Assembly (NCBI GenBank): GCA_964650515.1
Contig: CAZYUB010000006.1
Coordinates: forward strand, 13,858 to 77,857
DNA: 64,000 nt
From: an uncultured Planctomycetia bacterium
GTDB lineage: Bacteria; Omnitrophota; Gorgyraeia; Pluralincolimonadales; Pluralincolimonadaceae
Reading direction: 5' to 3'
The notes beneath the pieces are model-generated. The model was given only the letters and a program-made list of their open reading frames with translations. It made no database searches and was not told the DNA's origin. The translations under genes were made by a program, and so were the position numbers. Shown piece by piece: positions 37,409-48,107 of the stretch; position 1 is the first letter of the stretch; every line of letters starts with the position of its first letter.

Positions 37409-40400
37409 GCGGGGACATGTTAATAAGAGCAAGAAAGATATTTGTCATACTCATAGCGGCGGCGGCCGTCCTTTTCACGGCGCGTTCATGTGTGCGCCGT
37501 CTCCCGGATGCGGATGACGCAGCCGGCAAGCAGCGGCCCGCTGCAGCCGATGCCGCGCGCGCCGGGAACCCTCTCGACCATCCGGCGCAGAGAGATACCG
37601 CGATAAACGCGGGTGAGCTCGTATCCTTCATCCTGGAATGGTCGAACCCTGAGACCGGCCTCGTCCCGACAATGATATCGAAGAGCGGCACGAAGAACCC
37701 TTTCGCGGACATGACCTACTCTTACGCGCAGGCGGTCGCCCACCAGAATCTCTTGATGGCCGGGCAAACGGACATTTCCTTGAAAGCCGCGGAAGTGTTA
37801 AGGCAGAGAGGCGAGGCGCGCGACATCCCGAACGGGCTTAATACGCGCACCGGGTTAAGCGAGGACCCCCTGATAACAGCCGGGCCGAACGCGTACTGGG
37901 GCATAAGTTTCATCAGGGAGTACAGGTTGGCAGGCGACGAGAAGTGGCTGGTTGCAGCTAAGCGGCGCGCGGATTTCCTGCTGAAACTGCAGGCGGATAA
38001 CGGCGGCATACGCAAGAGCCCTTACCAGGGCAATATAGAATACGAGGCGAAATCCACCGAGGAGAACCTCGATTGTTACGCGCTGTTCGACCTGCTGTCG
38101 CAGCTCACGGGTGAGGAGAAGTACGCCACGGCAAGATCAAGGATACTCGGCTGGCTCTCCGCGAGCGGTGTGTACAACAAGGATGCGGGGTATTTTACGG
38201 CCGGCACATCCAAGGACGCCGTGAATCCCATTTATGCTACCGACGCGAACGCGCTCGCAATAATCATACTCGGCCCTGAGCTGCTCGATTCCGAAGGCGA
38301 GGTCCGGTTCGGCGGGGCCGGAACAAGCCGCAGGATATTGGACAGCCTTGATGCGGCCAGGGTGAAAGTGGATTATCTCCACCCGTCCGGCATCACTGTA
38401 AAAGACCTAGAAGGGTTCGATTTTACCGATAAGCTCGGCAGGCCCGGCAGGAAACCCGTCCTGAGCCCCGAGTTCACTTCCCAGGCGGTGCTGGCATATC
38501 TGGTGATGGCGAGGCATGCGAAAGAAAAAGGCGATGTCGAATATTCGGCCAAGCTTATAGAAGACGCGCGCCGTTATCTCGATAACCTCGGAAGGATGGC
38601 AGCGCGCACAGGGAAGTCGGCGTCCCTGCCTTATGCCTCGGAGAAAGGGATAAGGCGTTATCCCTTCGACAACTGGCTGACGCCTCAGGGAGACGCGGAT
38701 ATATCGGCGACATGGGCGTCGTTCCCGCTGTCGGGGTTCAACCCGTTTGCGCTTGAAGGGTTCGGGCTGCGAGATGCGATGAAGGATTCCGCGGAATGGA
38801 TGTCCGATACAGGCGAAGCCATAAAGCCGGAAAAATCTTTTGTTGTCCCCGAACCGGAGAAGATCGTGTCGGAAGCCGAGCTCATCGCCCAGCAGGAAGC
38901 GGCAAGGGAAGAGGCGATGAGGAAGCCGATCGTGTATTATAAGGTCCTTTACGACCAGGTCAATAAGGACGCGACTATCGCGAGAAGGAGGGTGATAGCC
39001 GTCCTGATGACAAGCTACAATTGCTGGTTCGACGGCGTGCTGGATACGGCGTCGCGGGACTATGACGTGATCGGCGTCGACGGAAATTACAAGGTCTTCT
39101 ATAAGAGATTCCAGGACCTTCCCGAAGCTACGAGGAAGGCCGTGCAATCGGAATATTCCTATCTTGACGAGTCTACGGGTATCAAATGGAGGATGGCCCC
39201 TAAGTACAATTTGAGCCTCGACGGGCAGTATAAGCCGTATTACGCCTTCGAGATGGACGGCGATTACAACATAATCAGGCAGTTCGCGTCCGAGAGCGAC
39301 GTCCCTGAAGAGAACAGGGCCGACCTGAAGAACGTAAAAGCCCAGTTCCAGTCCTCCAGCGGCCTTCCCGAAGGCCACCTCATAGCGAGGTATTTCACCG
39401 CGCTCGAGGTGGACAGCGAGATGAATATAATGGACTATTACGAAGCGATAGACGACCTTCCGGGCCTCGTCTCCAAAGTCCCGATTAGCGAAGATGAGTT
39501 CAGGAGGTATACCAAGGCGAAGGACTGGGAGAGGCAGGACCTGGTCTCCGCCGGCATCATCCCCGATGAAAAAGGCCTGCTTGCCGTCCAGGAGAGAGGC
39601 ATATATTATGCAAAGGTCCTCGGCCTCGATGAGACAAGGAGGCTGCGCGTAGGCGGCGTCTCCGTAGCCAGCGGACGCGAGATAATCATGGGAACCAGGT
39701 TCAGCCTGACGAACTGGCGCATCGGGGAGGCATCGAAGACGAACGCCGTCAAATATGAAATAGGGCTCATAAAGGGCATGGTCATAAAGCCGCGCGAACA
39801 GTTCAGCGGAAGCGGCCCATCGCCGACACAGCCGCTTTGGATATACCTCGGGGAAGACATGATCGCCTCAGAGACCGCGGAATTCAAGAGGAGGCTCCTG
39901 GACCTGCTGAAGCGCATCAAATCGGAGAAGGACGCGCAGACGCGCCTAGAGCTCGTGGAACAATACGACCGGCTGGCCGGAGAGCTCGCCTGGTACGACG
40001 AGAACGGGCTCATTCATGTCATCTATTACGGCGCAAAAGCCGCCGAGAAGAGGTTCGGGGATTTCGCATCTGCGAAGGCAAGGGCGGAGAACAGCCTGAG
40101 GACCTACGAATCGATCCTGGGCAGGGACCAGCTCGGGCGGGACCTGCGCGATTCATACGGGCGCGTCTGGCTTAAGGTAATAAACGAGGCGACCGGCCGC
40201 ATATTATACGTCGAAGTCTATGATATGGCGGGAAACCTCGAGACGATATATTCCGGGGAGATCGATATCGACCCGCTCACTAAAGAGGTCAGGTCCGAAA
40301 TAAGGACCGACCTCGAATACGACAAGGATACCCTGCAGGTCGTCGGCAGCCACACATACCGCACCGATGAGAACGGGGACTGGGTCTCCGACATATCCGA

Positions 40401-43400
40401 GAGCATATTCAAGGGGTATACGCCCGACAAGAAGTATTTCGTTTCGGAGGTGCATATATTCGAGAGGGGCGAGGACGGCAGGATAATATTCGAGGACGGG
40501 AAAGCCAGGTATACGAAGAAGATAGAATATTACACGCCGGAAGGCGATATATCGGCCCAGATGGTGAAGAACATAATAACTATAGTCAGGTACGGCGCCA
40601 ACCGTGAGGTCGTGAAAGAGGTCTTCCTCGAGCGGCCGGGCAAGACCCTGACAGGGGAGAACACGGACCTCGATAACCTGACGCAGGGCCTTGCGTGGGT
40701 CCGCAGGTACAAGACGACAGGCAAGATATTGACCTTCAAGGACGCGCTCGTGAAGTCCCTGACATCGCTGCCCGAAGAAGACAGGGAAACGACCGCGTTG
40801 CTGATATTGAACAGGCTCGGCGCGGAGAAGGTAGGCAGGATCAGCGATACGCTTATGCTGGAAGAGAACGAGGTCACGAACAACCTTACCGGCGACCCGG
40901 CCGCGCCCGGAGAGGCGCCCTATTTCGTGTTCTACGAACCGGGCGACAGTTTGGGCCGGCAAAGGCTCATAGTGCGCGGCGGCACGATGGAGGTCCCCGT
41001 CGACTGGATACCCGAGGCCGATATACCTTCGAAGACGCTCACGTTCAACCTTGCCGGCGAGCTGGTCTCGATAAGCGACGTCGACAGCTCTGTCCGAGCG
41101 GATTCAGTACTGCCTCCCGGATACATAGAGAGGGTGGCGCCGCTCGGCATCAACGCCGATACGTTGCTGCCCCAGATGAAGAAGAGGATATTCAGGATGG
41201 TGACCGGCGATGACGGCCTGCCGCATTTCACGAATACGGTGGCCATTACGACGGTCAGCTACATGATACCCGACGACGTGCTCGGCAGGGAGCTCCTGAA
41301 CGTCAAGTTCGTCATGCTCGGGGACGAGACGACGCTCCACAACGGCAGCACGCTTAAGCTCAAGCGCAATATATTCGGCAAGGACACGCTTATCGAGTCG
41401 TGGAAGGACGAGAGGGGCGAGGCCCGCACCCGGGCAATAGCTAAGAAAGAGGATACCGTAGTATATGAATGGTATAAGGAGGGCCTCGACGCCGGCGAGC
41501 TGCGCGAGCGCCTGAAGTCCGAATGCGGCAAGCTCGTGAAACGCGAAATACTGGAGGAGGCGCTCGTGAACGTCGCGGAGTCGCCGTTCGGCACGATGCC
41601 GGGCTACCACGTGATAAAGCCGAACGGGCGTATAGGCGAGATCAAGTATTTCTCCGGCACCGTCGAATACCCGCGCAGCGTCTTCAGCCATGCCGGGGTA
41701 AAGGTGCCTTATGAATCGGAAGCGCCGCCGTTCAAGCTCCCGGACGGGCCCGCGATAAGAGGAGTGAAATACGGCGTGTTGAACTCAGATTACGCGTTCT
41801 ACGACGTGCATTCGCTCAGCGGTCAGCTGATAGTACTCGAACGCCGTTTCATAATCCTGCGCCTCATGAACATACTGCCGGTGCAGGGCGGCAGGCAGAC
41901 GGAATATTATGACCCGCTCGTCCCGTATTCATACCTGAGGCCGATAAAGATAGAAAGGGATTTCAGGCCCGGCACTCAACCCGAGGGCACGCAGCCGGGC
42001 ACCCAGATCGTCGCGGTCTTCATCGGCGACGCGAGCATCTACCATCGTAACGGGTGGCAGACCCAGACGTTCCTCGAGAGGAGGCCGTTCGATATAGAGC
42101 ACTGGATACGCTCTGATTACGAGTTCGACGATAACGGCGTATATAAGTTCAAGAAAGAGCATATCGAAAGCAGCTCGATATACCTTATGAGGTCTATCGA
42201 ATGGCAGAAGCCGCTCGCGTTCTTCGCGCTTGTGGCAGGACTCTTCTTCCTTGCCGGCTATGTCTCGCGCAGGAGGCTTAGGGCCGGAAGGGAATCCAGG
42301 ATCAACGCCGCATGCGCGGCCTCAAGGCCGTTCAGCAGGGAAATGCTCGCGCGGCTCTCAGTGCCCGAAGAGCTGAAAGCCGCATGCATAAAGGTATATG
42401 AAGGGCGTGAGCCGGCATCGGGGCTCTTCGCCGCATCCGAAAAGGTCTTCAGGCCAAGGATCGAGGAATGCCTGCGCGGTTTCGGGGCCGACCCGGCCGA
42501 GCATACGGCGAGCGTTAACGTCCTGCTGGACAGGATCGCGTGCCGTCTCGGCAGGGAGGAGATAAATTTAAGCAACCTGTTTGCGGCCGAAGCGAAAGAG
42601 TTCGTGGAATGGTCGAAGAGGAACGGTCATTCCGTCAGCATCGCCGCGGGCAAGACCGGAACGGATGACCTGTCGTTAATAGTCCTGTTCAGGCTTGTAT
42701 TCGACGAGTCGATGGAATTCAGGGCAGCCGTTACCGGCTTCAGGTATTATCTCTTCGATAAGTCGCTCGTCCTGCTCGCCGCGGGCAGGAAAGGCGATAT
42801 ACTGCGCGAGATACGCGGCGATACTCTCGCTTTCCTCGAGGCACTGAGGCCCGGTTATGACAAGAAACTGGGGCTAATAAAGGAATATATTTTTACATAT
42901 GACGACATGAACGAGCTTTTTGAGGGCAAGAGGCCCGGGTTCATCGCCTCATTTGCCCGGCTGGAGGGAAAGACCGCCGCGCAGAAACTCTCCTGGCTCG
43001 CGTCGAAGGCGGGCAAGGATGCCGCCGCCGACGTGATGTCATATAAGAGCTACGCATGGCTTAAGACGTTCCCCGATAAGGCCGGCGTCCCGCAGTTCGT
43101 CTCAAACCTTAGGCGTTTCTGGGGATTCCTCGTGCCTATGTTCGCGGCCGTGACTTTGGGCGGTGTCGCTATAGCGCTGAAACGCATACCGTTCGCCCAA
43201 CGCCTCGAAGGCGCGATGGGACCTGTAGGGGCCGCATTCGTCGAGGTAACGGCCCTAATACTCATAGGCCTTGTCATAACAATGGCTTTCATGAAAGGCA
43301 CCTTAGGCGATTACAAGCCGGCGCCGAAGGGCGCGGCAGGGAATAAGGAGCTCAGGCGGTCGATACGGCTGTTCTGGATAATGTACGGCTCGGCCTCTTA

Positions 43401-46400
43401 CCTCTGGGGCCTCTTCAGCATATTCGTGATAATCTGGACCGTCAGGATCATAAGCAAGCTCACGTTCGTGAACGCCGGATGGGGCCTGTTCATCAACGCG
43501 AGCGCGCTGCTGCTTACGTTCACGTTCATACTGTCGAGCTTCTTCTCGCTCTTCTATATCATAATAGCGTTGATAGGGTTCTACCGCGGCAAGAGGGAAG
43601 GCGTAGGCCAGGTCATATCATGGATCCAGATGAGGAGGAAGTTCGAGGCCTCAAAGCGTCGTTTTGGGCAGGTCATCGCGCCGGCCGAAACGCTATGGAG
43701 GTCATATTGGAATCTGATGATAAAAGAGCTTTACGATTATTATGTCATCAGCGCTCCGGAGAGGGATGCCCTCTCGTATTCCGAGAAAAATACAGCGCCG
43801 AAACTCGAGGGGCTACCGCGCGCAGATGAGGCCTCCGAAAGGATGCGCCTCTATGTCAACAGCTGGCTCATGGAGATGCCGAAGGCGTGCTCCTGGAACG
43901 ACCTGCCGACGTTCACTGCGATGGTGACGGCGTTCAATGAACCGGTCAGCTTCTCGTTCGATGAGCTCAACGGCTGCGACAGGGGCGCCGAAGTCACGAG
44001 GCTCAACCACCTGATCGGGTTCTACAGGCCGCAGTGGGAAGAGTTCGTCGGCCGGCTCGATACCGCCGACCTCGGGCAGTATATCACGAGGGAGCAACTG
44101 AAGCTGCTCTTCGGCCTGAAGAAACTGCCCGAAGGGTTGCCGGAACAGCTGAAGGAGAAGATCAGGAAATGGGCAAACCTCACGGTCCAGTGCGTCGAGA
44201 AAACGGCCGTGGAGGTATACAGGATACGCGATGCCTTTGCCGCCTATGCCGGGGCGTGCTATCCCGGCGCGTCCGCCGCGGACATAGAGGAGCTCGTATC
44301 CCGCAAGGTCCAGATACTGCTTAATTACGAGGGGTTCCACAGCCCTGCGACCCGCGATTACGACAGGGAGTCCCTGAAGAGGCTCATGAAAGAGCTTCCG
44401 CGGTTGGATGTCTATTGGGCGGCGGCAGAGGGCGACGATAAGGGCCTCGACCGCGGGCTCCACCGCTATAACCCGGCGACGGACGGCATCGAGCTTATAG
44501 AGACCGCGCCGTTCACCGCTACGGTAAAGAAAGGCAAGCCGAGCGGCCTGAACCAGGCGCTGCCGTTCGTGAAGGGCGAGACGGTCCTCTTCTTCGACGC
44601 GAACTGCTCGGTCAGGATAGAGGATGCCCTGAAACTTCCCGTCGCGCTTTCCGAGTTCGCGGACGACCCGTCGCTCGGAGAGGTCCTGTTCGCCGAGTAC
44701 ATATTCAACAAGAACTATTCATGGATCTCGCAGGCGATAGGTTTCAACGAGGAGACATTCGTCTCGGTAACGCAGAGGACGTTGAATATCTTCCAGGCCT
44801 GCGGTTTTTACGGCCACAGCGCGATAATAAAGACGGACATGATCACCGCGGCCTGCGGCCTGCCGCAGGATTATATATCCGAGGATATACTGCTGGCCAC
44901 GGCATTGTGGAAGAAGGGGCTGAAGACCTCGCATAAGGAATACCTGACTTTCGGCAAGGGCAGGGAGACATCGTATTTTACGAGTTTAGTGCCGCTGACG
45001 AAATGGGCAATGGGCTCCTCCGACGCCGCGATAGGCCGCGTCATGCGCGGCATACTCGACTCGCGGAATATCCATGTCGCGCAGAAGTTCATGCTGATGT
45101 TCGGGTTCTCGTTCTTCTACCAGACCCCGCTGATGTTCGTGATAAATTTCCTTTACCTGTGGCTTATGATCTGCTGGGGCATAAACGGTTTCATGGCGGT
45201 CCCGTACCCGATCGTCTTCGGCATCCTCGGCCTGCTCTTCAACCAGGCGATAACAGCTACCGGCGTCGCGTATCTCGTGGAGCATTACGGCTTCAGGAGG
45301 TCCTTCTCCGCATACATGAAGCTTGTCGCGAAGAACCACTTCTTCTACGCGTCGGTCATACCCGCGTACGCGTTCGGTTTCCTCGCGGGCCTGAAGGGAA
45401 AGGCGGTCTTCATCATAAGCCCGAAGGGATGGAACCTCGGCCACCTGCCCCTGAAAGTAATATGGGGGGAGAAGAGGGCAATACTGAAGGCGGCATTATT
45501 CAGCACGATGGTGGGCCTCCCGCTTGCGTACCTGCTTGTGTCGGCCGAGATGGTCCCTTTATGGATAAGCCCGTTCATACCGTTCCTGCCGTTCGCCGTC
45601 GTGGCGGCGATGTACGCGGCGGGCCTCGAATGGAAAAAGACGGGCTTGGGTTTCCTGAAGGACTGGCGCGACGAGATCGTCCCCGACGGGGATATCCGCA
45701 AGATGTCCGTGATAAAACTGCAGATGATCTACGCGATGGTGCTGCTCGTCTTCACAGGGGTCGGCTTCGTCATGTGGGGCCTCATATTCTCGTCGCTGGC
45801 GGTCAAGGCGCTGTTCATATTCTCGGTCCTTTATATAAGCACGACGATGTCGTTCATAATAATGCCGCTCTTTGCGCATTCCCAGCCGGTCGCGCTGTTC
45901 AAGGAGATAACGATATCGAAGTTCTGGAATTATGCGGCGATACCGGCGCTGTTCGCGAGCATCGTTTTCGGCGCTGCCTCTATCTTATCGAGCCCGGCTA
46001 CGGCTTCGCCCGAATCGGTCGTCTATACGCTTCTCGGCATATCGTTGCTTGTCGGATGGGCGCTGCTTAAATGGAAACTCAGCGGGTACGCGAGGCTTGA
46101 CAGGTGGCTAAAGCAGAACCTGGCCGGGTACGCCGGCGCGCCCGCGTACCGTAAAGCAGACCTGATGGATGACGTATACTTCGCGCACCAGGAGCTGATA
46201 CAGGGCGACAGGCAGGAGGAGTTGAGATATAAAAGGAAAGCCGGGAAGGCCAAGGCGGTGTTCGTGTTCACGCTGTCTGCCGCGCTGCTGATGTATTTCG
46301 CGTCGGAATTCTACCCGAGGTTATTCAGAAACTGGATATGGCTCCTGATAGCGGCCGAGGCGGTCTATTTGCTGATACTCAACGTCGAGCACACGAAAGA

Positions 46401-46629
46401 CGACAGGATATACCTCGGCAAGCTCTACGGCGGGATAATTATAAATGACTTCAACAGGCTCAACGAAAATGTCAGGGCCATGGAAGATATCTGGAAGAAA
46501 CTGGACAGGGTATACAAGGCCAGGCTCGTCAGGATCTACGAGGACGAATTAAGGGCCAAGAGGGCGATGACCGTTTACATGTCCAGGTGCATCAGGTCTT
46601 GGGAGGCGGGGCAGCAGAGGCCTACCTAG
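37405..46629 (+). CDS. Giant (3074 aa) multi-domain membrane polysaccharide synthase-like protein. It combines an N-terminal (alpha/alpha)6 glycosidase-like domain, a long central region, and a C-terminal polytopic GT2-type processive glycosyltransferase core.
   Basis: The start overlaps the TolC-like stop (ATGA). GT2 motifs: KPSGLNQALPFVKGETVLFFDAN (K-G-LN-AL…FDAD-like, ~44533), ISEDILLATALWKKGLK (TED-like, ~44876), and LTKWAMG (degenerate QxxRW, ~44995). Over 20 predicted TM helices flank the core. Confidence 0.6.
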   Translation: MSGDMLIRARKIFVILIAAAAVLFTARSCVRRLPDADDAAGKQRPAAADAARAGNPLDHPAQRDTAINAGELVSFILEWSNPETGLVPTMISKSGTKNPFADMTYSYAQAVAHQNLLMAGQTDISLKAAEVLRQRGEARDIPNGLNTRTGLSEDPLITAGPNAYWGISFIREYRLAGDEKWLVAAKRRADFLLKLQADNGGIRKSPYQGNIEYEAKSTEENLDCYALFDLLSQLTGEEKYATARSRILGWLSASGVYNKDAGYFTAGTSKDAVNPIYATDANALAIIILGPELLDSEGEVRFGGAGTSRRILDSLDAARVKVDYLHPSGITVKDLEGFDFTDKLGRPGRKPVLSPEFTSQAVLAYLVMARHAKEKGDVEYSAKLIEDARRYLDNLGRMAARTGKSASLPYASEKGIRRYPFDNWLTPQGDADISATWASFPLSGFNPFALEGFGLRDAMKDSAEWMSDTGEAIKPEKSFVVPEPEKIVSEAELIAQQEAAREEAMRKPIVYYKVLYDQVNKDATIARRRVIAVLMTSYNCWFDGVLDTASRDYDVIGVDGNYKVFYKRFQDLPEATRKAVQSEYSYLDESTGIKWRMAPKYNLSLDGQYKPYYAFEMDGDYNIIRQFASESDVPEENRADLKNVKAQFQSSSGLPEGHLIARYFTALEVDSEMNIMDYYEAIDDLPGLVSKVPISEDEFRRYTKAKDWERQDLVSAGIIPDEKGLLAVQERGIYYAKVLGLDETRRLRVGGVSVASGREIIMGTRFSLTNWRIGEASKTNAVKYEIGLIKGMVIKPREQFSGSGPSPTQPLWIYLGEDMIASETAEFKRRLLDLLKRIKSEKDAQTRLELVEQYDRLAGELAWYDENGLIHVIYYGAKAAEKRFGDFASAKARAENSLRTYESILGRDQLGRDLRDSYGRVWLKVINEATGRILYVEVYDMAGNLETIYSGEIDIDPLTKEVRSEIRTDLEYDKDTLQVVGSHTYRTDENGDWVSDISESIFKGYTPDKKYFVSEVHIFERGEDGRIIFEDGKARYTKKIEYYTPEGDISAQMVKNIITIVRYGANREVVKEVFLERPGKTLTGENTDLDNLTQGLAWVRRYKTTGKILTFKDALVKSLTSLPEEDRETTALLILNRLGAEKVGRISDTLMLEENEVTNNLTGDPAAPGEAPYFVFYEPGDSLGRQRLIVRGGTMEVPVDWIPEADIPSKTLTFNLAGELVSISDVDSSVRADSVLPPGYIERVAPLGINADTLLPQMKKRIFRMVTGDDGLPHFTNTVAITTVSYMIPDDVLGRELLNVKFVMLGDETTLHNGSTLKLKRNIFGKDTLIESWKDERGEARTRAIAKKEDTVVYEWYKEGLDAGELRERLKSECGKLVKREILEEALVNVAESPFGTMPGYHVIKPNGRIGEIKYFSGTVEYPRSVFSHAGVKVPYESEAPPFKLPDGPAIRGVKYGVLNSDYAFYDVHSLSGQLIVLERRFIILRLMNILPVQGGRQTEYYDPLVPYSYLRPIKIERDFRPGTQPEGTQPGTQIVAVFIGDASIYHRNGWQTQTFLERRPFDIEHWIRSDYEFDDNGVYKFKKEHIESSSIYLMRSIEWQKPLAFFALVAGLFFLAGYVSRRRLRAGRESRINAACAASRPFSREMLARLSVPEELKAACIKVYEGREPASGLFAASEKVFRPRIEECLRGFGADPAEHTASVNVLLDRIACRLGREEINLSNLFAAEAKEFVEWSKRNGHSVSIAAGKTGTDDLSLIVLFRLVFDESMEFRAAVTGFRYYLFDKSLVLLAAGRKGDILREIRGDTLAFLEALRPGYDKKLGLIKEYIFTYDDMNELFEGKRPGFIASFARLEGKTAAQKLSWLASKAGKDAAADVMSYKSYAWLKTFPDKAGVPQFVSNLRRFWGFLVPMFAAVTLGGVAIALKRIPFAQRLEGAMGPVGAAFVEVTALILIGLVITMAFMKGTLGDYKPAPKGAAGNKELRRSIRLFWIMYGSASYLWGLFSIFVIIWTVRIISKLTFVNAGWGLFINASALLLTFTFILSSFFSLFYIIIALIGFYRGKREGVGQVISWIQMRRKFEASKRRFGQVIAPAETLWRSYWNLMIKELYDYYVISAPERDALSYSEKNTAPKLEGLPRADEASERMRLYVNSWLMEMPKACSWNDLPTFTAMVTAFNEPVSFSFDELNGCDRGAEVTRLNHLIGFYRPQWEEFVGRLDTADLGQYITREQLKLLFGLKKLPEGLPEQLKEKIRKWANLTVQCVEKTAVEVYRIRDAFAAYAGACYPGASAADIEELVSRKVQILLNYEGFHSPATRDYDRESLKRLMKELPRLDVYWAAAEGDDKGLDRGLHRYNPATDGIELIETAPFTATVKKGKPSGLNQALPFVKGETVLFFDANCSVRIEDALKLPVALSEFADDPSLGEVLFAEYIFNKNYSWISQAIGFNEETFVSVTQRTLNIFQACGFYGHSAIIKTDMITAACGLPQDYISEDILLATALWKKGLKTSHKEYLTFGKGRETSYFTSLVPLTKWAMGSSDAAIGRVMRGILDSRNIHVAQKFMLMFGFSFFYQTPLMFVINFLYLWLMICWGINGFMAVPYPIVFGILGLLFNQAITATGVAYLVEHYGFRRSFSAYMKLVAKNHFFYASVIPAYAFGFLAGLKGKAVFIISPKGWNLGHLPLKVIWGEKRAILKAALFSTMVGLPLAYLLVSAEMVPLWISPFIPFLPFAVVAAMYAAGLEWKKTGLGFLKDWRDEIVPDGDIRKMSVIKLQMIYAMVLLVFTGVGFVMWGLIFSSLAVKALFIFSVLYISTTMSFIIMPLFAHSQPVALFKEITISKFWNYAAIPALFASIVFGAASILSSPATASPESVVYTLLGISLLVGWALLKWKLSGYARLDRWLKQNLAGYAGAPAYRKADLMDDVYFAHQELIQGDRQEELRYKRKAGKAKAVFVFTLSAALLMYFASEFYPRLFRNWIWLLIAAEAVYLLILNVEHTKDDRIYLGKLYGGIIINDFNRLNENVRAMEDIWKKLDRVYKARLVRIYEDELRAKRAMTVYMSRCIRSWEAGQQRPT

Positions 46630-48001
46630 TATTGTAGCTTTCCTTCAAAACTTCGTGGTAGTAGAGCCAATCGTCGCTTACCTTCTTCATCGCGCTGTAG
46701 AGGTTCCTGTAATCGTCGTAGATATCGCATTCGAACTCGATATTACGCCTTCCGCTCAGGAAGTGCGCGAAGAGCTTGTAGTTCATCTCCTTGCGCAGGA
46801 AGTTCTTCTTCTTCAGCGCATAGAAGAGGGAGCCGCTGCCTTCGAAGCAGTTCATTATCCTTACCCATTCGCAGGCGATGAATATGCAGTTCTTATAGCT
46901 GCCGAAGAGGTCGACCGTGTCGCAGTCGATGAAGACGCATGATTCGAGCTTGCTCGACGGTTTTATCTTCTTGCTCCTGACGAAATAGTTGCCGTTCTCG
47001 TCCGGCTTGGATATCTGCGCGGTCAATTTGCGCAGCAGCTCGAGGTAGGTCATTATGTTCGAAGCCCAGTCGATCCAGTAGCCCTTGGCGATGGCGCCGC
47101 CGACGCTGATCTCGTATTGCTGGAGGCATTCCCTCATCGCGAGCTGTATCTTCGACAGTGCCTTCTTCTCGAGGACGAGCGACTCGCAGATGAGCTTGTT
47201 GAAGCTCCATTCGGTCGCGTTCAGGTGTGAGATGAAGTCCTTGTTCTTCTCCTTGGAGCAGAAGAGGTCGACAGCGCTCTGCATCTTATCCAGGTTCTCT
47301 TTTGTCGTGAAGAGCTGGAACGTATTCGCGAGCGTCATGCCTTTTGAATACTTCGGTATCAGTTTTTCATCGAAGGTCTTCTCGTAAAACGACGATATGC
47401 GGTTATCCGCGTCTATCTTCGCCGTGCCGAGGCTTCCAAGGGCCCTATTCACCTGTATCGGGGTCAGCAGCATGGAAGCGGAGTGTGAGTTGAGCGATTT
47501 CAGCAGTCCGTTTATGTCCACATCGGCATAATCGAAGCACTGGTCGATCGGAAGTATGATGACCGTATTTTTCAAGAGGGGGATGCTCTTCGCGATGCAC
47601 GGGAGAAGCATGTCCGGCGCGCGGCCCTCGGGGAACCTTATGCTCGCCTTTGAAGGCGTGCCGAACTCGTAGGAGAGGGGGAATATCCTCGTGGCGAGGC
47701 CGGCGTCGTGGATATATATTATGGTGTCGAAGGAATCGAGCTTCTTTTTGGAAAGAAGCTTCTTTATGCGCTCGTGTGTCTTCAGGTAGCCGGTAAGGTT
47801 GCCGCGGGTCTGGCCCATCTCGGCCATCCCGACAAGCTCGACGTCTATAGTCTTATTATAACGCTCCCTGAGCTTCTTCTTGAAGAGCTGCTTGAGGTCG
47901 AGCGAGAATTCAAGCTTATCGTAAGAGTTCAGGACGAGCAGGACCCTGTCCGCGACCTCATTTTTTACGCTTAAGTTCTCCAACGGAGCCGTTTTAGCCA
48001 T
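46622..48001 (-). CDS. Sugar-1-phosphate nucleotidyltransferase-like protein (459 aa). Convergent with the giant gene, overlapping it by 8 bp.
   Basis: HDAGLATRIFPLS…KASIRFPEG…MLLPCI resembles the GxGTRxxPxT nucleotidyltransferase signature. Lys-rich, with somewhat lower GC than the neighbours. Confidence 0.5.
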   Translation of the reverse strand: MAKTAPLENLSVKNEVADRVLLVLNSYDKLEFSLDLKQLFKKKLRERYNKTIDVELVGMAEMGQTRGNLTGYLKTHERIKKLLSKKKLDSFDTIIYIHDAGLATRIFPLSYEFGTPSKASIRFPEGRAPDMLLPCIAKSIPLLKNTVIILPIDQCFDYADVDINGLLKSLNSHSASMLLTPIQVNRALGSLGTAKIDADNRISSFYEKTFDEKLIPKYSKGMTLANTFQLFTTKENLDKMQSAVDLFCSKEKNKDFISHLNATEWSFNKLICESLVLEKKALSKIQLAMRECLQQYEISVGGAIAKGYWIDWASNIMTYLELLRKLTAQISKPDENGNYFVRSKKIKPSSKLESCVFIDCDTVDLFGSYKNCIFIACEWVRIMNCFEGSGSLFYALKKKNFLRKEMNYKLFAHFLSGRRNIEFECDIYDDYRNLYSAMKKVSDDWLYYHEVLKESYNTR

Positions 48002-48008
48002 TTACGAA

Positions 48009-48037
48009 AATATACCCTTTTTTGTTAAAAAAGTCAA
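48009..48037 (-). promoter_or_regulatory. Minus-strand promoter TTGACT-17-TATATT. The transcript would be nearly leaderless for the 48001 start codon.
   Basis: Reverse complement of 48032-37 is TTGACT. Reverse complement of 48009-14 is TATATT. The ATG is at 48001-47999. Confidence 0.4.
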
Positions 48038-48052
48038 GCATTTTGGCTTACC

Positions 48053-48081
48053 TTGACTTTTCTAACCCTATGTGGTATACT
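48053..48081 (+). promoter_or_regulatory. Plus-strand promoter TTGACT-17-TGgTATACT (extended -10) for cvpA.
   Basis: TTGACT at 48053-58 and TGGTATACT at 48073-81. Confidence 0.5.
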
Positions 48082-48107
48082 TTCTTCCAAATATCAGGAG
48101 AGTGATC

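Noticed and set aside
46622-48001. The nucleotidyltransferase-like protein as a CBASS CD-NTase.
   Set aside because: Its motif (AGLATRIFPLS…K) matches the sugar-1-phosphate nucleotidyltransferase GxGTRxxPxT signature, not the GS…[DE]h[DE]h of cGAS/DncV-like enzymes. No effector or Cap genes are adjacent.
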